Shown here: one piece after another, positions 1 through 8,835 of the stretch
How the letters are laid out: each line of letters starts with the position of its first letter
Numbering within the stretch: the stretch's first letter is position 1
Assembly: GCA_965116875.1 (NCBI GenBank)
Contig: OZ220733.1
Location: forward strand, 2,816,001 to 2,880,000
Source: Candidatus Latescibacterota bacterium
GTDB lineage: Bacteria; Latescibacterota; UBA2968; GCA-2709665
Length of the DNA stretch: 64,000 bases
Direction of reading: 5' to 3'
Made by a program: the position numbers and the translations under genes
The notes under the pieces: generated by a model
Told to the model about the DNA's origin: nothing
Databases searched by the model: none
The model's input: only the letters and a program-made list of their open reading frames with translations

Positions 1-139
1 CGTCCGGATCCTGGACGGAGACGGGCGCACCCTCGCTCTCCACCGCACAGAGTCAAAGATCCACGCCCTGTCGCCGCACGAGGACGGCCGCCTTCTGCTC
101 GGATGTTCGGACGGAACCCTCTCGATGCTGGGGCTGTGA
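1..139 (+). CDS. 3' end of a truncated gene, beta-propeller-like C-terminus
   Basis: Frame 2 reads VRILDGDGRTLALHRTESKIHALSPHEDGRLLLGCSDGTLSMLGL* (TGA 137-139), resembling the last propeller blades of the large paralogs (LLVGRRDGKIDCF, VVCGTSAGTVTSF). Confidence 0.6.
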   Translation, partial: VRILDGDGRTLALHRTESKIHALSPHEDGRLLLGCSDGTLSMLGL

Positions 140-215
140 TTGCGGCGATCTTCGCGACGTTTTCGACCTGCTGTATACATAAAGCCCTGGAATACGCCTT
201 CTTCAGGAGATCCTT

Positions 216-1208
216 ATGTCGAATCCACTGCGTGTCGGGCTGGTCGGTTGCGGCGGCCAGACCCGCATGAATCTCGCACCGGCTCTCTCCCGGATCGATT
301 CCGCCCGGCTTGTTTCGTGTGCGGACGTGGACGAGACCAGGGCCCGACAGGTGGCTGACGCCTTCGGGATCGAAACGGTACACGATTCTGTGGCGGAAGT
401 CACGGAGAGCGCGGACGTGGACGCGGTGGTCGTGGCGGTCCCCCACCGGTTCCTCAAGGACGTCGCGCTGTCCGCCATCGGCGCCGGGAAGCACGTCTTT
501 ATCGAGAAACCCATGGGACTCAATGCCGCGGAGGGGGCCGAGGTGGTGGATGCCGCGGAAAGCCGGGGCGTGGTGGCCATGGTGGGCTATTGCATGCGCT
601 ACTCTCTCAGCCGGATGTTCATCAAGTCCCTGCTGGATCGCGGCGTTGTGGGAGACGTCAGCTTCGTGGCGGCCGGCAAGGGCGGCGGCCCATTGGGAGG
701 GTGGCTCGGGGGGCCGTACGCGGAAGGCGGCGGTCAACTTCTCTTTCTGGGCTCCCACCTCACCGACCAGGTACTGTGGATGACGGGCGATGACGCCGAG
801 TCGGTGTCCGGAACCGTGAGATGGAATGCGGGAGGGACGGACGAGACGTCGGCCTATACCGTGCGCCTGAAAGGCGGCGCCGTCGCGACGTTTTCCGTCT
901 CCCAGGCATCCGGCGTCGGGTACGATTTCGTAGACGTGTATGGTACCCGCGGGCGGGTTCGGGGGGACTGGAAAGGCGACGTTGTGACGGTTGAGAGCCG
1001 GGTGATCCCTGAGTACGCCCACCCAACGGTCCTGCGCATTCCCGGCGACAATCTCGAAGAGATGTGCTACCGGGAACTGGCCGCGTTCGTCGAGGCGACA
1101 AACTCGGGAGCACGTGCTCCCATTCCGATGTCGGACGGTCTTCGTGTGCTCCGGATCCTGGATGCCGTGGTCGCGTCGTCCAATACGGAGAGCTGGATCG
1201 ACGTCTAG
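216..1208 (+). CDS. Gfo/Idh/MocA family oxidoreductase
   Basis: N-terminal VGLVGCGG Rossmann motif, GKHVFIEKP, LFLGSHLTD; AGGAG RBS upstream. Confidence 0.9.
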   Translation: MSNPLRVGLVGCGGQTRMNLAPALSRIDSARLVSCADVDETRARQVADAFGIETVHDSVAEVTESADVDAVVVAVPHRFLKDVALSAIGAGKHVFIEKPMGLNAAEGAEVVDAAESRGVVAMVGYCMRYSLSRMFIKSLLDRGVVGDVSFVAAGKGGGPLGGWLGGPYAEGGGQLLFLGSHLTDQVLWMTGDDAESVSGTVRWNAGGTDETSAYTVRLKGGAVATFSVSQASGVGYDFVDVYGTRGRVRGDWKGDVVTVESRVIPEYAHPTVLRIPGDNLEEMCYRELAAFVEATNSGARAPIPMSDGLRVLRILDAVVASSNTESWIDV

Positions 1209-1393
1209 CGTACGTGCGGTTTCAATTCTCAACGCCAAAAGGCGGGAAGACGCGAGACGGAAGACGGTAGAAGAAATCCTTGCCCCGTCTGCTCTTCCTC
1301 GTTGCCTGCGGTCTGAACTGAAACCTCACAGGGCAGGGGAATGGGGGACGTAAAGGGGGTGGGGGAGGCGCTACGTCAATCAAGGATATTTAC

Positions 1394-2632
1394 GTGCCAG
1401 CCACAGTGCAGAACCGATGGAAAAATCACGCGGTGACCCGCCCGAATCCGGACGGAGAACCGGCTGAACTCCCCGCCCGTTCGCAGATCGTGACCGAGAG
1501 TTGGAACCGGGTGGTGGCGGTGCCCCATATCGTCTATATGCCGGAAATGGACCGGGTGCTGATGCTGGTGAGTTGCGACTATCCCGGCAGCCCGTGGGTC
1601 CACTACGCCATGGTCCTGTTCAGCGGCGACGCAGGCGCGACGTGGAGCGCGCCCCGGTACGTCCACACCGACGCGAAGGGCAATCCCGCCTGCGGGCTCG
1701 GCCACGCGCTGACTTATCTGGGCGAGGGCAGGTTGATGATGTACTCCTGCCATCCGCCGGTGAGGTGGTTCAGCGCCGATTACGGGGAGACCTGGGGCGA
1801 CACCGTGCCCGTGGAGCCGGCGCCGGGCGGGAGAACGTGGATGGCCTGGGATCCGGTTCTCGTGGACAGGGATCCCCAGACGGGATGCGTGAGGCGCCTG
1901 ATGGAAACGGGCTATTGGGGCGATTCCGTGACCATGGACTCCCAGGCCTACGTCAGATTCAGCACAGACGGGGGACGAACATGGACCGGCGCACGTCACG
2001 TACCGGAATTTGAAGGCATCAACGAGGTTTGCCCGGTTCGGGCCGTGAACGGCGATATCGTCGCGACCTGCAGGACCGATCCACCCGAGGCCTGTAAAAG
2101 CCTGCAGTTCGATCACTACGAAGGTTTCGGGATTTCCATCTCACGAGATAACGGTTACACGTGGAGTGAAGTCCAACAACTCTACGACTGGGGGCGGCAT
2201 CACGCCAGCACGGCGCTTTTGCCGTGTGGCTACGTTGTGGCTACGTACGTGGTTCGCCTGGGCTATCCCGACACTGCGGAAGGGTTCCCCCGGTTCGGCA
2301 TCGAGGCGGTCGTGAGCGATGACAACGGCCGTACGTGGGACCTGGACCGCCGGTATGTCCTCGCCAAATGGACAGGAAACAGGAAGGGCTCGCCATCGCC
2401 CGAGGGCAAACTGCGCTCCGGCGGCTGGCACGCCAGCCCCCATACGACGTCTTCGGTTGTGCTTCCCGACGGTTCGATTCTCACCGCCTACGGGACGGGC
2501 TATCGCCAGCGGGACGATGCGTTTGGGCCAGGGCTGTACGGTCCGCGAGACGTGGGTCTGATAAACTGGAACATCGAGACGAGACAAGGTCGAAACTCCG
2601 CCGGTATCGGCGCATATCATCAGGACCATTGA
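1394..2632 (+). CDS. BNR/Asp-box (sialidase-like) beta-propeller protein
   Basis: Five Asp-boxes: SGDAGATW, SADYGETW, STDGGRTW, SRDNGYTW, SDDNGRTW. Confidence 0.85.
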   Translation: MPATVQNRWKNHAVTRPNPDGEPAELPARSQIVTESWNRVVAVPHIVYMPEMDRVLMLVSCDYPGSPWVHYAMVLFSGDAGATWSAPRYVHTDAKGNPACGLGHALTYLGEGRLMMYSCHPPVRWFSADYGETWGDTVPVEPAPGGRTWMAWDPVLVDRDPQTGCVRRLMETGYWGDSVTMDSQAYVRFSTDGGRTWTGARHVPEFEGINEVCPVRAVNGDIVATCRTDPPEACKSLQFDHYEGFGISISRDNGYTWSEVQQLYDWGRHHASTALLPCGYVVATYVVRLGYPDTAEGFPRFGIEAVVSDDNGRTWDLDRRYVLAKWTGNRKGSPSPEGKLRSGGWHASPHTTSSVVLPDGSILTAYGTGYRQRDDAFGPGLYGPRDVGLINWNIETRQGRNSAGIGAYHQDH

Positions 2633-2663
2633 ACAGGCGTTGGACACAGCGAAAGGGGCGGGT

Positions 2664-3434
2664 ATGATCACCGATCAACAGGTCGAATTCTTCAGGACGT
2701 TCGGCTTTCTTCCGCTCCGGGAGGCGTTCAGCCCGGAGGAGATGGCCCCGATCGTCCGTACTTTCGACGACATGCTGGAGAAGGACCGGGAAGGTCAACG
2801 TTTTCCGGGTGAAAAACGCCAGGCCCTGTATGGAATCGCGGAGCGCCATCCGCTGCTGACGGAACTCGCCGGGGACGACCGCATCCATTCGACGGTGGAA
2901 CGCCTGCTGGGGCCGGGGTTTCACTGGCTCTGCTCCGAGGGCAATCTGTACGTGGGCGAAACGGAATGGCACCCCGACGGCAGCCGGCTGAACTTTCCCC
3001 CGATGAAGGTCTCGCTCTATCTGGATACCCTCACGCGAAGCAGCGGCTGTCTGAGGGTGATCCCCGGGTCGCACCGTCTCCCGCTTCACGAGGCGCTGAG
3101 GCCCATCGAAAAACTGGGCGTACCCGGCGCGGACGTACCGTGCCACTTTCTGGAGTCAAATCCTGGCGACGTTTTGTTCCTCAACATGAACATCTGGCAT
3201 GCGGCGTACGGCGGCGCGGTGGGACGACGCCACCTGGCATTGAATTTCGTACCGGAAGCCACGGAGCCCGAGCACGTGGAGATCATGGAAAGGAACCACC
3301 GCGTCCTGATCGACCTGATGGCGCGGTTCCAGTACAGCCAGCCGGGTCGGGCGTTCACCGACGAATTCCTGAACAGCGAAAGGCCGCGCATCCGCCGGAT
3401 GGCTTCAAAATGGGTGGAACTCGGTTTACAATAG
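2664..3434 (+). CDS. Phytanoyl-CoA dioxygenase (PhyH) family Fe(II)/2OG enzyme
   Basis: FFRTFGFL, WHPD, GCLRVIPGSH, PGDV..WH; start moved to ATG 2664. Confidence 0.88.
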   Translation: MITDQQVEFFRTFGFLPLREAFSPEEMAPIVRTFDDMLEKDREGQRFPGEKRQALYGIAERHPLLTELAGDDRIHSTVERLLGPGFHWLCSEGNLYVGETEWHPDGSRLNFPPMKVSLYLDTLTRSSGCLRVIPGSHRLPLHEALRPIEKLGVPGADVPCHFLESNPGDVLFLNMNIWHAAYGGAVGRRHLALNFVPEATEPEHVEIMERNHRVLIDLMARFQYSQPGRAFTDEFLNSERPRIRRMASKWVELGLQ

Positions 3435-3485
3435 GGTTCTGTTCCGGAGACTCGTTTCCGGGACGGGACACGGAGGATAGCGGCG

Positions 3486-4499
3486 ATGTCCGGAGGTGCC
3501 GGAATGCGCAAGATGATCCGCGTTTCCGAGAGGGACGGATTCAACAGGAGAAATTTCCCGTGCTCGACAAAGCTGGACTTCAGGCCCGGTGAATTCATCG
3601 CAGACGCATCGGCGAGGATGCTGGATACGGAAGGTGAACCCCGGCCCGTGCAGGTGGACCCCCGGGAGACGTGGGACGACGACAGCGTGAAGACCGCGGA
3701 GGTCTCGTTTTCTGCGCGCCTCCCCGCCGGAGGAGAGGAAGTCCTTGCGTTCGAGTACGGAGAGGGGACGCCGCCGCCTCCGCGGCAGCCGAACCCGATC
3801 AGAGTTCGCGATCGGAAAGACCGGATCGAAGTGCAGCAGGGGCCGGTGATCTACCAGGTGCGGAAGTGGCGTTTCAACTTTGTGGAGAACGTGATTTTCG
3901 ACGGCAGGGCATTTCACGGTCCGGGAGCGCCCGGGCCGGCGCTTCTCCGCAAGGACGGCAGGATCCTGTTTCCATCCGGGGAGGTCCTGATCGACGTCGA
4001 GACGCGGGGTCCCCGGTCGGCCCGCCTGCGGGTGGACGGGACCTACGGCGGCGGGTACGGGTTTGTCGCGTATCTGACCTTTTATTCGGGGGTTTCCTGG
4101 TTCCGCGCGGAACACGAGGTCGTGTCGGGCGATGTGTCGCAGATTGCGACAGTTGTCGTCGAAAACACCTTCAACCTGCCGGACGCGCCGCTCGTCTCCG
4201 CGTTCGGCGCACGCCAACGGGCCGACGGCGAGGGCACGAGTTGGGCCGTGGTTACGGACAATACGGCAACCGTGGACGTCGCCGCCGTCGGCGCATGGTC
4301 CGGGAGGGGATCCGTGCGCTACGAAGTCGAAGCCAGCGGACGCTTCCGGACGGTGTTTCCATCCGCCGGGGAACCCGGCGTCTTCTACGTACACTACCTG
4401 ACGACCCCGCCGATGGACCATCGCCACACGCCGGCAGCCGCAATGGCGACGGACCTGGAATGCCGGGTCATCCTGGATCCCGATCCGGAGAAGCCGTGA
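3486..4499 (+). CDS. Hypothetical protein resembling the N-terminal RIFT-barrel/beta-sandwich domains of YetA/exo-rhamnogalacturonan-lyase-like proteins
   Basis: PVQVDPRETWDDDSVKTAEVSF and VETRGPRSARLRVDG segments; no catalytic alpha-barrel follows; stop overlaps the next start (GTGA). Confidence 0.5.
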   Translation: MSGGAGMRKMIRVSERDGFNRRNFPCSTKLDFRPGEFIADASARMLDTEGEPRPVQVDPRETWDDDSVKTAEVSFSARLPAGGEEVLAFEYGEGTPPPPRQPNPIRVRDRKDRIEVQQGPVIYQVRKWRFNFVENVIFDGRAFHGPGAPGPALLRKDGRILFPSGEVLIDVETRGPRSARLRVDGTYGGGYGFVAYLTFYSGVSWFRAEHEVVSGDVSQIATVVVENTFNLPDAPLVSAFGARQRADGEGTSWAVVTDNTATVDVAAVGAWSGRGSVRYEVEASGRFRTVFPSAGEPGVFYVHYLTTPPMDHRHTPAAAMATDLECRVILDPDPEKP

Positions 4500-5548
4500 G
4501 CGATACGACGTACCGTGTGGGAATCATCGGCTGCGGGCGCATGGCCAGCACGATGGACGGCGAGAAGCGCCGCCAGCCTGGCCGGGTCCCCCAGCCCGGC
4601 GTTCTGGCGGGGGCCTACGGTCAGGTAGCATGCACCGAGGTTGCGGCCGCGGCGGACATCCACGAGGAGAAACTGGCGGATTTTTCGGCCCGCTGGGGCG
4701 TCCGGCGCCTCTATGCCGACTATCGCGAGATGCTGGCGGCGGAAGCCCTGGACATTGTCAGCGTGGCGACGCACGCGCATCTTCACGCCGAGATAACGGT
4801 GGCGGCCGCCGAAGCGGGCGTGAAGGCGGTCCTGTGCGAGAAGGCGATGGCGCCCAGCCTGCCGGAAGCGGACCGGATGATCCAGGCCTGCCGTGAGGCC
4901 GGAACCACGTTGTCGATCCTCTATCACAACCGGTGGGATCCCCTGATGGTCCGCGTGAAAGAACTGGTTGACGAGGGCACGATCGGGGAGCTGATCAGCA
5001 TCGCGGGCAATATGGGTCCCGAACTGGTGCACGAGGCGACACACATGTTCGACCTGATGCGTTTCTGGTCCGGCGATGAGGCGGCTTGGGTATTCGGCCG
5101 GCTGGACGGCGCACGGGAGCCGCACGAAGACCCGGGAGGCAGCGGATACATTCAGTTTCAGAACGGGATGCATGCCTTCGTGAACGCGGTGACCGGATCA
5201 CCTGTGGGGTTCGAGTTCGACCTGGTGGGTACGAGGGGGAGGATCCGGATCGGGTACCACGTGGACGAACTCTGGACCCTGGAGGAAGGCCTTTATGAAG
5301 GACGCGCCCTTCTTGGACGGAAGATCCCCCAGAACATCGAAGCCAGGAGCGGCGTTGTCAAAGCGATCGAGGAACTGGTAACCTGCATCGAAGAGGGGAA
5401 AACGCCTTCGTGCTCGGGCGAGGACGGTCGCAAGGCGCTGGAGATCGCGCTTGCTTTCCACGTTTCCCACCTCGAGGGCGGCGTGAAGGTGGAATTGCCG
5501 CTGCAGGATATCTCTTTGACAGTGACGAATCCGAAGTATTTCAGATAG
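4496..5548 (+). CDS. Gfo/Idh/MocA family oxidoreductase
   Basis: VGIIGCGRMA, VLCEKAMA, HEATHMFD; the real start is GTG 4496 overlapping the upstream TGA, not 3671. Confidence 0.88.
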   Translation: MSDTTYRVGIIGCGRMASTMDGEKRRQPGRVPQPGVLAGAYGQVACTEVAAAADIHEEKLADFSARWGVRRLYADYREMLAAEALDIVSVATHAHLHAEITVAAAEAGVKAVLCEKAMAPSLPEADRMIQACREAGTTLSILYHNRWDPLMVRVKELVDEGTIGELISIAGNMGPELVHEATHMFDLMRFWSGDEAAWVFGRLDGAREPHEDPGGSGYIQFQNGMHAFVNAVTGSPVGFEFDLVGTRGRIRIGYHVDELWTLEEGLYEGRALLGRKIPQNIEARSGVVKAIEELVTCIEEGKTPSCSGEDGRKALEIALAFHVSHLEGGVKVELPLQDISLTVTNPKYFR

Positions 5549-5573
5549 GGAAAAGCAGCGATCAGCAGAAGGC

Positions 5574-5598
5574 GGGCGACCACAAGGGTCGCCCCTAC
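5574..5598 (-). repeat. GTAG-type REP-like palindrome
   Basis: Reverse complement reads GTAGGGGCGACCCTTGTGGTCGCCC. Confidence 0.8.
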
Positions 5599-5636
5599 AT
5601 CTGCATCTTCGGCGCGTTTGATTCCGCGTCATTCGC

Positions 5637-5672
5637 TTGACACGCGATTGTAATATACATACATTGTATGTA
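5637..5672 (+). promoter_or_regulatory. Sigma70 promoter with palindromic operator for the leaderless brnTA operon
   Basis: TTGACA(5637)-N17-TACATT; inverted repeat TACATACA-T-TGTATGTA (5656-5672) runs into the ATG. Confidence 0.75.
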
Positions 5673-5965
5673 TGGAGAGAATCCGGTTTGAATGGGATGT
5701 GCGAAAGGAACGAGCGAATTTCAGGAAACATCGGGTCTCGTTCGAAGAAGCGCGGACAGCCTTCTACGATGAAAACTCAGTTCAATTCTTCGACCCCGAT
5801 CATTCAGAAGATGAAGACCGGTTCCTGCTCCTGGGGATGAGTCTCAAACTGCGTGTGCTTGTTGTCTGCCATTGTTTTCGAAAGAGTGAAACGAGCGTAC
5901 GCATCATCTCCGCTCGAAAGGCCAATAAGACCGAAGAACTTGACTACTGGAGGAGACGCTCATGA
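5672..5965 (+). CDS. brnT: BrnT family toxin
   Basis: FEWD..K...N..KH.VSFEEA, DPDHSEDEDR, VRIISARKA. Confidence 0.93.
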   Translation: MERIRFEWDVRKERANFRKHRVSFEEARTAFYDENSVQFFDPDHSEDEDRFLLLGMSLKLRVLVVCHCFRKSETSVRIISARKANKTEELDYWRRRS

Positions 5966-6180
5966 GAGACCACTATGATTTCTCAGAGATGAAGGGACGC
6001 AAGAATCCCTATATCAAGCATCTGAAGCAGCCAGTTACCATGCGGCTCGATCGGGACACGGTCACCTATTTCAAGGATATGGCGGCGGAAGCGGGCATTC
6101 CATACCAGACCTTGATCAATCTTTACCTTCGCGATTGCGCGGTCCATAAACGAAAGCTGCAGATGAAATGGGCTACGTAG
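5962..6180 (+). CDS. brnA: BrnA/CopG family antitoxin
   Basis: YDFS..KNPY, VTMRLD, GIPYQTLINLYL; ATGA overlap with the toxin. Confidence 0.92.
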   Translation: MRDHYDFSEMKGRKNPYIKHLKQPVTMRLDRDTVTYFKDMAAEAGIPYQTLINLYLRDCAVHKRKLQMKWAT

Positions 6181-6222
6181 CGTCGCGAATCAAAGGAAGC
6201 GATCAGCTTTCAGCCGGTTTTC

Positions 6223-6250
6223 GTAGGGGCGACCGGCCGGTCGCCCCTGC
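6223..6250 (+). repeat. GTAG-type REP-like palindrome
   Basis: GTAGGGGCGACCGGCCGGTCGCCCCTGC. Confidence 0.85.
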
Positions 6251-6388
6251 AAATGCCGCAACGTCACAAGACCTTGTGCAACCTCTTACATTGGTCCCTC
6301 GCCCCAACGGGAGGGAGAGGAAAACCAATGGATTCGCAAATGCCGCCTGGCGGTCGTATCTGCAAGGTTGCACGAAAGGAGTTACAGG

Positions 6389-8794
6389 ATGATGGGAATT
6401 CTGGTCATAACCGGAGCGGTTCTGCTGCTGTTGGCGGCGTCGCAGACCATGGCATCCGAACGCCCTTCAATTGACGAGACGCCCGGGAAGCCCGGCGAGT
6501 GGGGCTTTCGCCCGGCGGACGGGAGTGTCTCCCAGGTGACCCCGCCCGGGTTTTCGTGGCGGCCGCAGAAAGACGCCGCGAGCTACGACCTACAGTGCGC
6601 GCGGGACAGCGGTTTTACCGAAGTGGCGTACGAAGCGAGCGGCATCACGTTCAACGTCCACTGTCCGCCCCGTACGCTGCCGCCGGGTCGTTGGTACTGG
6701 CGATACCGCGTTTACGATGGATCGGGCACGGCGTCCGGATGGAGCAGCGTGCGGATGTTTACAATTGCGGAAGATGCAAACGCACTCCCGCTTCCATCGC
6801 GCGATGATCTGCTGGCGCGCATTCCAACCGGCCATCCCCGGCTGTTCGTGCGGCCGGAGCAGATCCCGGAATTCCGCCGCCGGGCGAAGACGGACCTTGC
6901 GGATCAGTACGAAAGTCTCGTGGCGGCGTCGGAGAAACTGCTGGAGAATCCGCCGCCCACCGAGGAGCCGCCGCTCTACCCCGAGGGCACGGTCCGGCTC
7001 AGCGAGGAGTGGCGGGCGATCTGGTGGCCGAACCGGGAGTACACCATCGCGGCACTGAACGGCGCCGCGACCCTGGCCTTCGCCCGGCTGCTGGGCGGGC
7101 GCGAGGAGTACGGGCAACTCGCCCGGGAGATTCTGATGGCCTGCGCAGAGTGGGACCCGAAAGGGGCGACCGGATTTAAATACAACGACGAGGCCGGGAT
7201 GCCCTACGCGTACTATTTCTCCCGCACCTACAGTTATCTCCACGATCTGCTCACGGACGACGAGCGTGAGACGTGCCGCCGGGTGATGCGGATTCGTGGA
7301 CTTGAAATGAATGCGCACTTGAATCCTCGCTTCCTCTGGCGCCCGTACGGGAGTCACGACACCCGGTCCTGGCATTTTCTGGGGGAGGTTGGCATCGCGT
7401 TCCTGGGCGAGATTCCGGAAGCCGCGGACTGGGTGTGGTTCGCCGCGAATGTGTTCGCCAACACGTACCCGGTCTGGAGCGATGACGACGGGGGCTGGCA
7501 CCAGGGCATGGGTTACTGGCGAAGCTACATCCAGCGGTTCACCTGGTGGGCGGACATCATGCGCACGGCCATGGGTATCGACGCCTTCGACAAGCCCTAT
7601 TTCTCGCAAGTCGGATATTATCCGATGTACCTCCAGCCGCCGGGAACCCGGGGCGGCGGGTTCGGCGATCTGACGGCCCACCTCGTTTCCGCGCAAAACC
7701 GCGGCGTGATGGCTCTCTTCGCCGCAATGGCGCAGAATCCTTACTGGCAGTGGTACGTCGAGGCGCACGGTGAGCAGCCGTCCGAGCCGGGTTACGTCGG
7801 CTTCGTCAGGGGCGCCCTGCCCCGGGTGGCGGGTAAGCGACCCGTGGACCTGCCCACGTCCAGATGTTTCAGGGGTACGGGGCAGGCCGCGCTCAATACC
7901 CATCTGGAAGACGCCCGGTACAACGTGGAGGTGATCTTCAAGAGCAGTCCCTTCGGGTCCCACAGCCACGGGTACGAAGCCCAGAATTCCTTTCTGCTCT
8001 ATGCGTTCGGAGAGCGGTTGCTGATCCGTACGGGCCGGCGGGACATCCACGGCAGCGAGCACCACAGACAGTGGATGCATCACACGAAGTCGGTAAACTG
8101 CATCACCGTCAACGGCGAAGGGCAACTGCCGAACGCCAGCGACGCCCTGGGCGAAATCCTGGACTTCCACACTTCCGAGCATCTCGATTACGTTTCTGGC
8201 GAGGCCTCCCGTGCGTACGCGGGCAAGCTGGAACGGTTTACCCGCCGCATTCTGTTCCTGAAACCGGAAGCGGTTCTCATCTTCGATACGCTGCGCGCGC
8301 CCGGACCCGCCCAATTCGAGTGGCGGCTGCACGCGCCTGTGGAGATGGCAGTCCACAACCAGAGGGACGTCCGGGTCGTCAACGAAGCAGCGGCCTGCCG
8401 TGTATCTTTCCTGTGGCCCGACAATCTGGCGCTCAGCCAGACGGACCGGTTCGAGCCGCCGCCCCGGCCTCGTATAAAACTGATCGAGTATCACCTGACG
8501 GCGATTCCCTCCGCGCCTGCCCGAGACCAGACGTTCGTGACGCTTCTCAGGCCGCATCGATCCGGCGAGACGTTGGAAGGCGAGGCGGCGTTATCGGAAA
8601 TCGACGGCGGGTACGCGGTCACCGTGCCGCTGGCTGAAGGACGCGCCGTGGTACTCCTGCAGTCATCCGGAGGCAACGTCCTGACGGGCGCGGGCATCCG
8701 GACCGACGGCGAGGTCGGCGCCGTCGCATTCGATGGGCGGGGAGAAGTGAGGCAGACGCTTGTGGCCGGGGGGACGATGATCGAAGCGCTTTGA
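6389..8794 (+). CDS. Secreted DUF4962 + heparinase II/III-like polysaccharide lyase (PL15-like)
   Basis: Signal peptide (ILVITGAVLLLLAASQTMA), Fn3-like N-domain, GHPRLF, WHQGMGYW, KSSPFGSHSHGYEAQNSF, SVNCITVNG; GGAG RBS before ATG 6389. Confidence 0.8.
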   Translation: MMGILVITGAVLLLLAASQTMASERPSIDETPGKPGEWGFRPADGSVSQVTPPGFSWRPQKDAASYDLQCARDSGFTEVAYEASGITFNVHCPPRTLPPGRWYWRYRVYDGSGTASGWSSVRMFTIAEDANALPLPSRDDLLARIPTGHPRLFVRPEQIPEFRRRAKTDLADQYESLVAASEKLLENPPPTEEPPLYPEGTVRLSEEWRAIWWPNREYTIAALNGAATLAFARLLGGREEYGQLAREILMACAEWDPKGATGFKYNDEAGMPYAYYFSRTYSYLHDLLTDDERETCRRVMRIRGLEMNAHLNPRFLWRPYGSHDTRSWHFLGEVGIAFLGEIPEAADWVWFAANVFANTYPVWSDDDGGWHQGMGYWRSYIQRFTWWADIMRTAMGIDAFDKPYFSQVGYYPMYLQPPGTRGGGFGDLTAHLVSAQNRGVMALFAAMAQNPYWQWYVEAHGEQPSEPGYVGFVRGALPRVAGKRPVDLPTSRCFRGTGQAALNTHLEDARYNVEVIFKSSPFGSHSHGYEAQNSFLLYAFGERLLIRTGRRDIHGSEHHRQWMHHTKSVNCITVNGEGQLPNASDALGEILDFHTSEHLDYVSGEASRAYAGKLERFTRRILFLKPEAVLIFDTLRAPGPAQFEWRLHAPVEMAVHNQRDVRVVNEAAACRVSFLWPDNLALSQTDRFEPPPRPRIKLIEYHLTAIPSAPARDQTFVTLLRPHRSGETLEGEAALSEIDGGYAVTVPLAEGRAVVLLQSSGGNVLTGAGIRTDGEVGAVAFDGRGEVRQTLVAGGTMIEAL

Positions 8795-8835
8795 TCATCG
8801 TGAACGGTTCCATTGAAGAGGATTTGTGACGCGAG

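Noticed and set aside
3671-4495. Apparent N-terminal extension making a 625-aa oxidoreductase
   Set aside because: It overlaps the 3486-4499 gene in another frame and is Arg/Gly-rich noise; the GTGA coupling at 4496 gives the real start
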